Below are positions 26,815 to 37,956 of a DNA stretch of 64,000 nucleotides, piece by piece. Position 1 is the stretch's first letter; the number at the start of each line of letters is the position of its first letter. Under the pieces are notes generated by a model. That model was not told the DNA's origin, ran no database searches, and was given only the letters and a program-made list of their open reading frames with translations. A program made the position numbers and the translations under genes. The stretch comes from Acidimicrobiales bacterium (GTDB lineage: Bacteria; Actinomycetota; Acidimicrobiia; Acidimicrobiales; Bog-793), in contig JBEKLQ010000010.1 in NCBI GenBank assembly GCA_050010115.1, positions 60 to 64,059 of the forward strand, given 5' to 3'.

Positions 26815-27330
26815 GTGCCAGATACGAGCTCCGGCGACAGCGAGCCCCCCGTCTCCTCCCCAGATACCCCGGACGCCGACGCGCCCGCCGCCGGGGAAGT
26901 CAACGAGGTCGAGGACGTCGAGGACCTCAAGGAAGTCAAAGCGCCCTCGGCGACCAAAGGACCTACGGCGCCCTCGGCGACCAAAGGACCTACGGCGCCT
27001 GCGGCGACCAAAGGACCTACGGCGCCTGCGGCGACCAAAGGACCCAAGGCCACCAATCAGGCCACGGCGTCTGGCCGGGCGACGCCCAAGGGCGGCTCCC
27101 CCCGAGCGCAGGCTCCCAAGCCCGGGCGCTACACACCTCCGATCCCGAAGCAGGTGAGGAGGAGCCCGTCATGGTACCCCTACGTGCTGCTGACCTTCCT
27201 GATCGGGGGGCTGCTGATGATCGTGCTGAACTACATCCACGTCCTCCCGGGCGGGACCAACAACTGGTACCTGCTCGGCGGGATCGCCTTCATCGTCACC
27301 GGGCTCTTCATGGCGACGCGCTACCACTGA
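26815..27330 (+). CDS. crgA: cell division protein CrgA with an unusually long repeat-containing N-terminal extension
   Basis: The C-terminal 90 aa match CrgA architecture (RYTPP...[25 protein letters not shown]...[22 protein letters not shown], two TM). The upstream in-frame region has high GC3. The start is uncertain: GTG 26815 was chosen, while the listed ORF starts at 26674 and overlaps trpG. Confidence 0.6.
   Translation: MPDTSSGDSEPPVSSPDTPDADAPAAGEVNEVEDVEDLKEVKAPSATKGPTAPSATKGPTAPAATKGPTAPAATKGPKATNQATASGRATPKGGSPRAQAPKPGRYTPPIPKQVRRSPSWYPYVLLTFLIGGLLMIVLNYIHVLPGGTNNWYLLGGIAFIVTGLFMATRYH
26941..27048 (+). repeat. 27-bp in-frame tandem repeat x4 inside the crgA extension
   Basis: gcgccctcggcgaccaaaggacctacg twice identically, then a 2-nt variant (gcgcctgcg...) twice. 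Encodes APSATKGPT / APAATKGPT. Confidence 0.9.
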
Positions 27331-27434
27331 GCAACCCCGGCACGAACATGCAATTGGCTGGCAGCCCGGTCAGATGTGACCCGGACCACCAGCCAGTTGG
27401 CTGTTGAGTGAGCCGGCACCGAGCCGGCTCTCGA

Positions 27435-28610
27435 CTAGAGGCGCTCGATGATCGTGGCGTTGGCGAGCCCGCCACCCTCGCACATCGTCTGGAGGCCGTA
27501 GCGCCCACCTGTCCGCTCGAGCTCGTTGAGGAGCGTGGCCATCAGCTTCGCACCGGAGGCGCCGAGCGGGTGGCCGAGGGCGATGGCGCCGCCGTTCACG
27601 TTCACCCGGTCCATGTCCGGGTGGAGCTCCTTCGCCCATGCGAGCACGACAGACGCGAACGCCTCGTTGATCTCGACGAGATCGATGTCCTCGATGGAGA
27701 GTTTCGTGCGCCCGAGGATCTTCTGGGTCGCCGGAATGGGGCCGCTGAGCATGCTCACGGGGTCGACGCCCACGACCGTGAAACCCACGAAGCGCGCCCT
27801 CGGCCGCAACCCCAGCTCGGCTGCCCGCTCCTCGGACATGACGAGTACCGCAGACGCGCCGTCGGTGATCTGGGACGAGTTCCCTGCCGTGATCTTGCCG
27901 TCCGGCTTGAACGCAGGCTTCAGGTTGGCGAGCGTCTCTGCCGTGGTGCCGGGACGGATACCTTCGTCGATCGAGAGCGTGTCGGGGGTCACGTTGCCGT
28001 CGGCATCCTTGACAGCGATCGACACGATCTCGCGCTCGAATCGCCCTTCGGAGGTCGCCCGCGCCGCCTTCTGCTGGCTGGCGGCCCCGAAGGCGTCGAG
28101 CTCCTCACGGCTCAGGTTCCACTGGTCAGCGATCATCTCGGCCGAGATGCCCTGCCCCACGAGGCCCCCGACGGGCTCGTAGCGGACCCGCACCGTCGGT
28201 CCGAACGGGAAACCCACCCCGCTCCCGATCGAAGCCCCCATCGGTACTCGAGTCATGGTCTCGACGCCGGCGGCGATGGCGACGTCGTACGCACCGGCCA
28301 TGACCCCCTGGGCCACGAAGTGCAGCGCCTGCTGGGACGAGCCGCACTGGCGGTCGACCGTGGTGGCAGGCACGGACTCGGGCCACCCAGCGGCGAGAAC
28401 GGCGTTGCGGCCGACGTTGAGGGCCTGATCGCCAACCTGCATCACACAGCCCATGACCACGTCGTCGACGAGTGCGGGGTCGAGGTCGTTGCGCTCGGCG
28501 AGCGCCTTCAGTGCCTCAGCGGCCAGGTCGGCGGGATGCCAGCCGGACAGCTTGCCGTTGCGCTTGCCTCCCGGCGTGCGCACGGCATCGACGATGACAG
28601 CATTGGGCAT
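27435..28610 (-). CDS. acetyl-CoA C-acyltransferase (thiolase)
   Basis: 391 aa. Active-site contexts VDRQCGSSQQAL, NEAFASV, NVNGGAIALGHPLGASG and CEGGGLANA. Confidence 0.9.
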   Translation of the reverse strand: MPNAVIVDAVRTPGGKRNGKLSGWHPADLAAEALKALAERNDLDPALVDDVVMGCVMQVGDQALNVGRNAVLAAGWPESVPATTVDRQCGSSQQALHFVAQGVMAGAYDVAIAAGVETMTRVPMGASIGSGVGFPFGPTVRVRYEPVGGLVGQGISAEMIADQWNLSREELDAFGAASQQKAARATSEGRFEREIVSIAVKDADGNVTPDTLSIDEGIRPGTTAETLANLKPAFKPDGKITAGNSSQITDGASAVLVMSEERAAELGLRPRARFVGFTVVGVDPVSMLSGPIPATQKILGRTKLSIEDIDLVEINEAFASVVLAWAKELHPDMDRVNVNGGAIALGHPLGASGAKLMATLLNELERTGGRYGLQTMCEGGGLANATIIERL

Positions 28611-28713
28611 CCCTGGTCTCCTCTGGGACTCCTGCGGCCGGAAGCGGCTCGCTCTTGATGGGTTGTACCGGTCCTTTTACAGGACAGGGCGCAAGTGACA
28701 CACACAAACTGAC

Positions 28714-29214
28714 GTGTCAGTCAAGAGAGTAGCGGGCGCGTGCTTGGCATACCACCGGGCAGGGAGCGGTACGGTGACCGATGTGGCCAAAGACATGACA
28801 CGGTGGTTGGGGGACGGCGGGATGGCGATCCTGGGTGCGATCGGCGTGTCGTTCGACGACTACGGCATCGAGGACGACGATGATGCCGGTTGGGCCACGG
28901 CGATCTGGGAGCCCACCGCGCTGGCGTGCAACCCGCACGGCACGGTGCAAGCCGGCGTTCACTCGGTGGTCCTCGATGCCGCTATGAATTTCGCCGTGAA
29001 CGCAGGGCTCAAGGGCCGCGACCGGACGAAGGCCACGATCGAGATGAAGACCGAGACGGTCCGGACGGCTGGCGTCGGCGACCGGCTCGCAGTGCGCGGC
29101 GCCGTGGTGCGTGAGACCCGCCAGATCGCGTTCGCCGAAGCCCGCATCGAGAACGCCGAGGCCCAGCTGATCAGCCGGTCGACGGGGACGTTCTTACTGC
29201 ACCGCACCGTCTGA
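28714..29214 (+). CDS. PaaI-family hotdog-fold thioesterase
   Basis: ...NPHGTVQAGVHSVVLDAAMNFAV... is typical of PaaI/4HBT class II. The start is more likely MTRWLG at about 28795. Confidence 0.7.
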   Translation: MSVKRVAGACLAYHRAGSGTVTDVAKDMTRWLGDGGMAILGAIGVSFDDYGIEDDDDAGWATAIWEPTALACNPHGTVQAGVHSVVLDAAMNFAVNAGLKGRDRTKATIEMKTETVRTAGVGDRLAVRGAVVRETRQIAFAEARIENAEAQLISRSTGTFLLHRTV

Positions 29215-29239
29215 TCCGGATCGCTCGGGCCGGGTGACC

Positions 29240-29287
29240 GCGAGGCCACGAGGCCGCGAGGCCGCGAGGCCGCAAGGCCGCGAGGCC
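29240..29287. repeat. 8-bp microsatellite (gcgaggcc-like) x6 in a convergent intergenic region
   Basis: gcgaggcc acgaggcc gcgaggcc gcgaggcc gcaaggcc gcgaggcc, read directly. The unit length is not a multiple of 3. It lies between the thioesterase stop and the purL stop. Confidence 0.85.
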
Positions 29288-29308
29288 GGCCGTCGCTCCG
29301 GTAGAGGC

Positions 29309-31672
29309 TCAGGCCGTGGCGCGGTCGGCCGCCTCCGGCAAGCGCCGGGCGCGCACCGACACGAGCTCGGTGACCGCTCTGTCGACGAGGCCCGGCAGGA
29401 CGAGCCGGCCGCCGCCGGCCCGACCGATGACACGACCTGGCACGCCCGCCGAGCTCGCAGCCCCAATCAACGCCTCGGGTTGGCTCGTGCAGACGAGGAC
29501 ACGTGACGGCGCCTCGCTGAACAGCCCGTCCACGGTCCAGCGCTCGTCGATCGATGCCCCGATGCCGGACACGCAGCACAGCTCTGCCAGGCAGAGGGCC
29601 AGCCCGCCGTCGCTGACGTCGTGCAGCCCGGAGATCGGGATGGAGGCCTCGCCGGCGCACGTCTCGGCGATGAGCCGCCGTACGAGCTCGCACAGCGCCC
29701 GGTGCCGGCCGAAGTCGAGCGCGGGCAGATCGCCACCGTCGAGCCCGTGCAGCTCTGCGGCCCAGCGCGAGCCGCCGAGCGACACCGGGCCGGCCGCAGC
29801 GCCGTCGGGGGCACCAGCAGCGCCAGCAGCACCAGCAGCGCCAGCGGCGGAGAAGCCAGCGGGGCCCGGCCCGCCGAGCAGAACGATCGCGTCGCCGTCC
29901 GCCATCGAGATGCCAGGTGGTCGAGTCTCGAGGCGCTCGATCAGGCCGACGAGGCCGACCACCGGCGTCGGGTCGATGTCGACGCCGGCACTCTCGTTGT
30001 AGAGCGACACGTTGCCGCCGACGACCGGCACTCCGAACGCCAGGCACGCCTCGGCCATCCCGTCGATCGACTCCGACAGCTGCCACATGACCTCGGGGTG
30101 CTCCGGGTTGCCGAAGTTCAGGCAGTCCACAACGGCGACGGGCTCCGCCCCTGCACACGAGACGTTGAGGACCGCCTCGGCAACCGTGAGCGCAGTGCCC
30201 TGTCTCGGGGAGACGGCGCACCACGACGGGTTGGCGTCGCAGGTGAGCGCCAGCGCTTTCCCCGTCCAGTTCACGCCCGGTCCGGCGAGGCGGAGCACGG
30301 TCGCGTCGGCAACGCCAGGCGGGACGACCGTGTTCAAGAACAGCTGATGGTCGTACTGCCGGAACACGAACGAAGGGTCGTACAGGAGTGCCAGCAAGTC
30401 GCTCGCCGCATCGGTCGCCGCCACCACCTCGGCTACCGAGCCATTCCCTGCCGATCGATCTCCTGCCGGCACGGGTGCGGCCAGCGGACGGCGGTACAGC
30501 GGCGCTCCGTCCGCCAGCGAGGACGCCGGCATGTCCGCGACCACCTGGCCGGCACCGGGGGGACCGTCGCTCACCACGAGACGCCCGACACCGTCCGGGC
30601 CGGCTTGGACCACCGAACCGATCACCGTCGCCCGCACCTCGTGCCGGGCGCAGGTGGCCAGCACCGAGTCGATCGACGACGGCTCGACGATCGCCAGCAT
30701 CCGCTCCTGGCTCTCGCTCGTCATGATCTCGACAGGCGACATGCCGGGCTCCCGCAGCGGTACGGCGGAGGCGTCCACGACCATCCCGAGGCCGCCGCGG
30801 GCGGCGGTTTCCGATGTTGCGCAGGCGAGTCCGGCGCCGCCCAGATCCTGGATGCCCACGACGAGCCTTTGGTCGAGAAGGTCGAGCGAGGCCTCGATGA
30901 GGCGTTTCTCTTCGAACGGGTCGCCGACTTGGACGCTCGGTCGTTTGGCGCTCTCCTCATCCCCGAAACCCGCCGATGCCAATACACTCACGCCCCCGAT
31001 GCCGTCACGGCCCGTGAGGGACCCGAGGAGGACCACGAGGTTGCCGACTCCGGTTGCCGATGCGAGCACGAGCCGTTCGATCGGGAGCACGCCGAGGCAG
31101 AAGACGTTGACAAGCGGGTTGCCCTGGTAGCAACGAGCGAACGTGAGCTGGCCGCCGACGGTCGGAACGCCGACAGAGTTCCCATAGCCGGAGATGCCGC
31201 GCACGACGCCGTCGAAGATGAACCGGCTCCTCGGGTCTGCGAGCGGGCCGAAGAACAGCGGGTCCATCAGTGCTATTGGCCGCGCACCCATCGTAAAGAC
31301 GTCGCGCAAGATGCCGCCGACACCCGTGGCGGCGCCCTGGTATGGCTCGATGGCCGAAGGGTGGTTGTGGCTCTCGATCCGTAACGCGATGGCGATCCCA
31401 TCACCCACGTCCACCACTCCGGCGTTCTCGCCGGGACCAACCAGCACGCGCTCGCCCGCCGAGGGGAGCCGGCGCAAATGAACGCGGGACGACTTGTACG
31501 AGCAATGCTCGCTCCACATGACCGAATACATCGCAAGCTCGACCGCAGTGGGCTCGCGACCGAGCGCGTCCAGGATCATCTGGTACTCGTCATCGGTAAG
31601 GCCAAGGCTGCGGTGCAGCCCGCCCGGAGTTGCCATCGCCGTATGAGAATCGTGAGAATTGTCTGTGTCCAT
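29309..31672 (-). CDS. purL: phosphoribosylformylglycinamidine synthase subunit PurL
   Basis: Trimmed to MDTDNSHD... (ATG 31672). Conserved: [43 protein letters not shown]. Contains an Ala/Gly insertion [13 protein letters not shown]. Confidence 0.9.
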   Translation of the reverse strand: MDTDNSHDSHTAMATPGGLHRSLGLTDDEYQMILDALGREPTAVELAMYSVMWSEHCSYKSSRVHLRRLPSAGERVLVGPGENAGVVDVGDGIAIALRIESHNHPSAIEPYQGAATGVGGILRDVFTMGARPIALMDPLFFGPLADPRSRFIFDGVVRGISGYGNSVGVPTVGGQLTFARCYQGNPLVNVFCLGVLPIERLVLASATGVGNLVVLLGSLTGRDGIGGVSVLASAGFGDEESAKRPSVQVGDPFEEKRLIEASLDLLDQRLVVGIQDLGGAGLACATSETAARGGLGMVVDASAVPLREPGMSPVEIMTSESQERMLAIVEPSSIDSVLATCARHEVRATVIGSVVQAGPDGVGRLVVSDGPPGAGQVVADMPASSLADGAPLYRRPLAAPVPAGDRSAGNGSVAEVVAATDAASDLLALLYDPSFVFRQYDHQLFLNTVVPPGVADATVLRLAGPGVNWTGKALALTCDANPSWCAVSPRQGTALTVAEAVLNVSCAGAEPVAVVDCLNFGNPEHPEVMWQLSESIDGMAEACLAFGVPVVGGNVSLYNESAGVDIDPTPVVGLVGLIERLETRPPGISMADGDAIVLLGGPGPAGFSAAGAAGAAGAAGAPDGAAAGPVSLGGSRWAAELHGLDGGDLPALDFGRHRALCELVRRLIAETCAGEASIPISGLHDVSDGGLALCLAELCCVSGIGASIDERWTVDGLFSEAPSRVLVCTSQPEALIGAASSAGVPGRVIGRAGGGRLVLPGLVDRAVTELVSVRARRLPEAADRATA

Positions 31673-31750
31673 CACCCGACGCCGTTCGTGCCGCAGCAAA
31701 CCGAAGTGGCTGCCACTAGTTGCTCGGTTCCGCCGGCGGCGGTCGGTGGT

Positions 31751-31788
31751 TTGCATGACGAGTCAATTCGTACGACACTTGTTGTATG
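31751..31788 (+). promoter_or_regulatory. candidate leaderless promoter of the 145-aa gene
   Basis: TTGCAT (31751-31756), 17 nt, GACACT (31774-31779), 6 nt, ATG (31786). No SD is possible. Confidence 0.35.
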
Positions 31789-32223
31789 CCCCCACGTAAA
31801 AGACAGACCAAGACCAAGACAACGCTCAGCAGCGAGCACAAAGATGCTCTGGCCGAGGGTCGGCGCCAAGGCAATGCTGTGCGCCGCTATCTCGTCGCGC
31901 TGCAGGAGAACAAGCCTCGGCGTGGACGCCAGGTGAGCAACGAGTCGCTCGTCCAGCGGCGTGCCGAGATCGACGCCAAGATGGCTTCGGCCGACCCGCT
32001 GCAGAGGGCTCACCTCATCCAGCAGCGCCGCAACCTCGAGCGCCGTCTGGCTACCGCCGACGAGACGGAGGAAGTCGACCTGGAATCTCTCGAGGAAGCC
32101 TTTGTGATGGTTGCCGCCGAGTACGGCGATCGGAAAGGGATCGAGTACAAGACCTGGCGTGAGGTCGGCGTTCCCGCCGACGTGCTGGCTCGCGCCGGCA
32201 TTCACTGGAGCCGCCGCTCCTAA
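31786..32223 (+). CDS. small basic/charged helical protein of unknown function, opposite strand inside the purSQL block
   Basis: 145 aa, MPPRKRQTKTKTT... lysine/arginine-rich N-terminus, coiled-coil-like middle, C-terminal ...GIEYKTWREVGVPADVLARAGIHW. Third-position GC is coding-like. The antisense 177-aa ORF looks non-protein-like. Confidence 0.5.
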   Translation: MPPRKRQTKTKTTLSSEHKDALAEGRRQGNAVRRYLVALQENKPRRGRQVSNESLVQRRAEIDAKMASADPLQRAHLIQQRRNLERRLATADETEEVDLESLEEAFVMVAAEYGDRKGIEYKTWREVGVPADVLARAGIHWSRRS

Positions 32224-32948
32224 TCGCCTGCAGGCCTGCCAGCGGGTGCGGTGGCCGACATCGCCGCTTCATCCGCTGCAGCCTGGAGGAACGATTGCAG
32301 CAACACTTGCCCGTCGACCGAGCCGGTCAGGTGGCTGCACGCGCGTTCCGGATGTGGCATCAGACCGACGACATTACCCGTCTTGCTCGATACGGCCGCC
32401 ACGGCTCCCATCGAGCCGTTCGGGTTCGACACGTAGCGCAGCGGGATACGACCGCCTGCCTCGAGTTCACGCAACATCGCGACGCTGCACGTGTAGTTGC
32501 CCTCGAAGTGGTTGATGGGGAGTTTCAGTCGCTGGCCGACTGAGGCACCAGCGGTCAACACCGACGAGATGGAGACGACCTCGCACTCGACGACGTCACA
32601 CATGAACCGGAGCCCGGCATTCCGTAGCAGCGCTCCCGGGAGCAGATGCGCTTCGGTGAGGACCTGGAAGCCGTTGCAGATGCCGAGCACCGGCAACCCT
32701 GCCTCAGCCGCCTCGCGGACGGCGTCCATCACGGGCGAGAACCGAGCGATAGCGCCACAACGTAGGTAGTCGCCGTGGGCGAAGCCCCCGGGTACGACGA
32801 TGGCGTCGAAGCCATCGAGCGACTTCGTGGTATGCCACACGAGCTCGGCGGTGGCTCCGAGGCTCGACAGCGCTTCCACCGCATCGTGCTCGCAATTCGA
32901 GCCCGGGAACACGACGACTGCGACGTTCACCTGTCGTTCAGCGGTCAC
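32220..32948 (-). CDS. purQ: phosphoribosylformylglycinamidine synthase glutaminase subunit PurQ
   Basis: VAVVVFPGSNCEHD, GGFAHGDYLR, GICNGFQVL (catalytic Cys), MPHPER. Confidence 0.9.
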   Translation of the reverse strand: MTAERQVNVAVVVFPGSNCEHDAVEALSSLGATAELVWHTTKSLDGFDAIVVPGGFAHGDYLRCGAIARFSPVMDAVREAAEAGLPVLGICNGFQVLTEAHLLPGALLRNAGLRFMCDVVECEVVSISSVLTAGASVGQRLKLPINHFEGNYTCSVAMLRELEAGGRIPLRYVSNPNGSMGAVAAVSSKTGNVVGLMPHPERACSHLTGSVDGQVLLQSFLQAAADEAAMSATAPAGRPAGD

Positions 32949-33208
32949 GCGCTCACCTCGATGGGACTGACGGTCACGTCGGCGCGCTGGATGACGGGGT
33001 TGGCGAGCAGCCGATGGGACAGATCCTCGGCAACCGACCGCGCCTCGCCGGGGTCGTCAGCGTCGACGACGAAGTGGAAGATCCGGCCGGCGCTCAGCTC
33101 GGCGATCCGGTCGAAGCCCAAGAGTGGTAGCGCTCGCTCGATCGTGGCGGCCTCCGGATCGGAGATGCCTGGCAGCGCGCTCACCTCGACCACGACGGCG
33201 AACTTCAT
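32945..33208 (-). CDS. purS: phosphoribosylformylglycinamidine synthase subunit PurS
   Basis: 87 aa from MKFAVVVEVSALPGISDPEAATIERAL. ATGA overlap with the purC stop, and its stop overlaps the purQ start. Confidence 0.8.
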   Translation of the reverse strand: MKFAVVVEVSALPGISDPEAATIERALPLLGFDRIAELSAGRIFHFVVDADDPGEARSVAEDLSHRLLANPVIQRADVTVSPIEVSA

Positions 33209-34086
33209 GACGCCGCCCCCCACCAGTCGCTCAACGACCGGCCGCTGATCTGCTCGTAGGCCGATACGTAGCGCTCACGGGTGGCGCTGATCACCTCAGG
33301 GGGGATCGGTGGCGCCGCCGACGCCTTGTCCCAGCCGGTCGACTCCGCCCAGTCGCGCACGGGCTGCTTGTCGAACGACGGTGGTGCCGCCCCCGGCTCC
33401 CACGCGTCAGCCGGCCAGAAACGGCTCGAGTCCGGCGTCATCACCTCGTCGCAGATGGTGAGCCCGGTGTCGATGAAACCGAGCTCGAACTTCGTGTCGG
33501 CGATGACGATGCCGCGCTCGAGCGCCCGGGCAGCTCCACGTGTGTAGGCCGCCAGGCATATCTCCCGCGCTCGCTCGGCCGCCTCCGCCCCGATGAGCTT
33601 CACAGCGTCGGTGAAGGTGATGTTCTCGTCGTGGCCGACCGCTGCTTTCGTCGACGGGGTGAAGACCGGCTCTGGGAGCCGCTCTGACTCGCGCAGGCCT
33701 GGCGGGAGCGGCGTGCCGTGCATGGTGCCAGTGGACCGGTACTCCTTCCACGCCGACCCCGAGAGGTAGCCGCGCACGATGCACTCGAGCGGCAGCATCT
33801 CAGCCTTGCGGACGAGCATCGCTCGACCGGCGACTCCAGGGATGCCGGCCGCGCCATCGGGGAAACGGGCGGGATCCGTCGCCACGAGATGCGACGGCGC
33901 CACCTCGGCGAGCTCGTCGACCCAGAACGCCGTCATGGCCGTCAGCACGCGGCCTTTGTCCGGGATCGGCTCGGCGAACACGACGTCGAAGGCCGAGATA
34001 CGGTCGGACGCCACCATCAGCAACAGGCCGGCGCCGGCATCGTAGACATCCCGGACCTTGCCGGAGTACACGTGCTGCAGGCTCAC
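33205..34086 (-). CDS. purC: phosphoribosylaminoimidazole-succinocarboxamide synthase PurC
   Basis: Trimmed to the GTG 34086 start (VSLQHVYSGKVRDVY...) with a ggagga SD 9 nt upstream. Motifs: MVASDRISAFD, LADTKFELG. Confidence 0.85.
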   Translation of the reverse strand: MSLQHVYSGKVRDVYDAGAGLLLMVASDRISAFDVVFAEPIPDKGRVLTAMTAFWVDELAEVAPSHLVATDPARFPDGAAGIPGVAGRAMLVRKAEMLPLECIVRGYLSGSAWKEYRSTGTMHGTPLPPGLRESERLPEPVFTPSTKAAVGHDENITFTDAVKLIGAEAAERAREICLAAYTRGAARALERGIVIADTKFELGFIDTGLTICDEVMTPDSSRFWPADAWEPGAAPPSFDKQPVRDWAESTGWDKASAAPPIPPEVISATRERYVSAYEQISGRSLSDWWGAAS

Positions 34087-34120
34087 GGTCGGGTCTCCTC
34101 CGGTCGCCGGGATCGCTCGT

Positions 34121-35446
34121 TCATGCGTCGATCGCCGCCAGAGCGTCAATCGTGCGGTGCGAGTGCTCGAGCATCCGGGTGAGGTCGAAGGCGTCGTCGA
34201 GCATCCGGTCCACCCTGTCGCCGAGCGCAGCGACCACCTCCGGGTCCTTCTCCAGCACCTCCCGGAAGCCCACCCGCTCCTCCGCCACTCGCCTCGCGTC
34301 CCGTTGCACGATGCGGTACGCGCTGTCGCGGGTAAGGCCCGAGCGGACGAGCGCCAGCAGGACGGGCTGGGAGAAGACGAGTCCATGCGAGCCCTCGAGC
34401 AGGTTCTCCATCATGCGATCGGAGCGCACGAGCAGGCCGTCGATCAGCCGCGTCATGCGCCGGATGGCGTAGTACGTGGCGAGGCTGGCGTCCGGGAGGA
34501 CGATCCGCTCGACCGAGCTGTGCGAGATGTCCCGCTCGTGCCACAGTGCCACGTCTTCCAGCCCGGCCATGAGGTAGCCACGCAGGACCCGGGCGAGGCC
34601 GCAGAGGCGTTCGGCGGTGATCGGGTTTCTCTTGTGGGGCATCGCGGAGGAGCCCTTCTGGCCGGCAGCGAAGGGCTCCTCGACCTCGCCGACCTCGGTT
34701 CGCTGCAGGTGACGGATCTCGGTCGCCAGCGACTCGATCGTCGTGCCGATGGCAGCGCAGGCATAGAGGTACTCGGCATGGCGGTCCCGGGCGATCACCT
34801 GTGTGGCGGGCACCGGCTCGAGCCCGAGCGCCGCGCACACGTGAGCTTCGACCTCGGGATCGATGTTGGAGTAGTTCCCGACAGCGCCTGACAGCTTCCC
34901 GACGGCGATCCGCCGGCGTGCCTGGCGCAAGCGCTCACGGTCACGGTCGGCCTGGAGGCAGGCGAGCGCCAACTTTGCACCGAACGTCGTCGGCTCGGCG
35001 TGCATCCCGTGGGTGCGGCCGACCGTCGGCGTCGAGGCATGCTCCAGTGCGCGGCGTCTCAAGGCGGCGACGAGCCCGTCGAGCGCCTCGCCGAGGAGGT
35101 CGGCTGCCTTCACGAGCGTTGCCGACAGCGCGGTGTCCACGATGTCCGAGGAGGTGAGGCCGTGGTGGATCCACGATCCCTCGGGCTGGCCGACGGCTTG
35201 CTGCACGACGTCGACGAAGGCGGCGACGTCGTGGTCAGTGATGCGCTCGCGCTCGGCAACCTGCTCGACGAAGGCGGCGTCGACCTCGGGCGCACGCTGG
35301 CGGCAAGCGGCCGCGTCCTCCAGCGGGATCACGCCCAGCTTCGCCCAGGCTTCGACAGCGAGCAGCTCGACTTCGAGCCACAGGCCGAATCGCGCTTCGT
35401 CGCTGAACAGCGCCGCCATCTCCGGCATGGAGTAGCGGGGGATCAT
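34121..35446 (-). CDS. purB: adenylosuccinate lyase PurB
   Basis: 441 aa. MIPRYSMPEM..., HHGLTSSDIVDTA, and the signature GSSAMPHKRNP. Confidence 0.9.
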   Translation of the reverse strand: MIPRYSMPEMAALFSDEARFGLWLEVELLAVEAWAKLGVIPLEDAAACRQRAPEVDAAFVEQVAERERITDHDVAAFVDVVQQAVGQPEGSWIHHGLTSSDIVDTALSATLVKAADLLGEALDGLVAALRRRALEHASTPTVGRTHGMHAEPTTFGAKLALACLQADRDRERLRQARRRIAVGKLSGAVGNYSNIDPEVEAHVCAALGLEPVPATQVIARDRHAEYLYACAAIGTTIESLATEIRHLQRTEVGEVEEPFAAGQKGSSAMPHKRNPITAERLCGLARVLRGYLMAGLEDVALWHERDISHSSVERIVLPDASLATYYAIRRMTRLIDGLLVRSDRMMENLLEGSHGLVFSQPVLLALVRSGLTRDSAYRIVQRDARRVAEERVGFREVLEKDPEVVAALGDRVDRMLDDAFDLTRMLEHSHRTIDALAAIDA

Positions 35447-35488
35447 GATCCCAACCTACCTGCCGGGGGGTGCCGGTGGTCGAACCTG

Positions 35489-36802
<1,314 letters not shown>

Positions 36803-36960
36803 TCAATCTAATCGGTCGTTCCCTTCGATGGCGGTAATTTGGTGGCCACTGTCAGGCCGGACGCCACCAACGCGGCGAGGGTCCGGTCGAGCTGGTGCCC
36901 GGGTCCCGCTCGCCGCCCACCAGCAGCAGCACCCAGCGCCGCCGCCCGCCGAGCCGGCGG

Positions 36961-37956
36961 CTACGCCTCGACGGTGAGCGCCGGATCCCGCCAGAGGTGG
37001 GTGCGCAGCGGCGAGCGCTCAGCGAGTCCGGCGATGCCCGACGACTGTGACAGCGCCTCCGCGTACACCTCGTCGACCTCGAGCCGGCGCAGCTCCTCGG
37101 CGAGCAGGTCACCGAGCTCCCGCCGCAACAGCGGGAGCTGGCGGTCCGGCTGGCCCGTCCGCGAGAACGTCGCCATGCGCCCGTCTGGCCGGCTGATCTT
37201 CAGCGACCCCTCGTCTCGACCGTCGAGCAGGTCGATGCCGACTTCGGTGATGCCGGGTCCTGATGACGGCGTGAGCTCGGTCGTCACCCCGAGGCGGTGG
37301 GATAACCAACCGGCGAGGAGAGACGCGCTGGGGTTACCCTTCTCGGCTGCCACCTGAGCCGACCGTGCCCGAGCCGGCGAGGCGTCGAAGACCGACGCGA
37401 GCAACGAGCGCCAGGGTGTCGTTCGGGTCCAGGCGAGGTCCGTGTCGCCAGGGGCGAAGTCAACGGCGCGCCCGCGCAGGGCGGCTATCGGGTCCGGGGC
37501 GAGCGAGCAATCGGTGACCCGCCGGCCGGCGAGAACGCCGAGCGAGTCGGTCGCGATGGTCTTCGGGGGCTCGCTGTGCCACCAAGTGACCACGGGTGCG
37601 TCCGGCGCGAGCAGCGGCAGCACTACGGACTCGGCGTGCAGCGTGAGGCGGCCGTACATGCGCATCACGACGGCCTCGGTCGGCCCCAGGCGTCCACCGA
37701 CCTGGACCTCGGCGTCGAGGCGGTCGGACGTGTCGACCTGGCGGCGTATGACGATGAGCAGACGGCAGGGGTGAGCCTGGGCGGCGATCGTCGCCGCTTG
37801 CTCGGCCGTCACGACGTTCTTCTCGTCCACGATGGCGACGAGCGTGACTGCCAGGCCGGAGGCGACGGCGCCGCCCGCCCTCCGCTCTGCGACGAGTGCC
37901 TTCACGACGTCCCCGCCGGTCGTGTCCCACAGCGTCGTCGTCACGGTCGCCTCCAC
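36961..37956 (-). CDS. opcA: glucose-6-phosphate dehydrogenase assembly protein OpcA
   Basis: 331 aa immediately downstream of zwf, overlapping it. ...HPCRLLIV..., VVTWWH, typical OpcA segments. Confidence 0.8.
   Translation of the reverse strand: MEATVTTTLWDTTGGDVVKALVAERRAGGAVASGLAVTLVAIVDEKNVVTAEQAATIAAQAHPCRLLIVIRRQVDTSDRLDAEVQVGGRLGPTEAVVMRMYGRLTLHAESVVLPLLAPDAPVVTWWHSEPPKTIATDSLGVLAGRRVTDCSLAPDPIAALRGRAVDFAPGDTDLAWTRTTPWRSLLASVFDASPARARSAQVAAEKGNPSASLLAGWLSHRLGVTTELTPSSGPGITEVGIDLLDGRDEGSLKISRPDGRMATFSRTGQPDRQLPLLRRELGDLLAEELRRLEVDEVYAEALSQSSGIAGLAERSPLRTHLWRDPALTVEA

Noticed and set aside
26103-27056. N-terminal extension of trpG with GPLVAAGAV repeats.
   Set aside because: This is the antisense reading of the crgA 27-bp repeats. 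The amidotransferase homology starts at [11 protein letters not shown] (26702).
33205-34386. 393-aa version of purC and 673-aa version of ahcY (54175-56196).
   Set aside because: The upstream portions overlap purB, or dcd and merR, in other frames and lack homology. Internal starts with SD sequences give canonical-length proteins.
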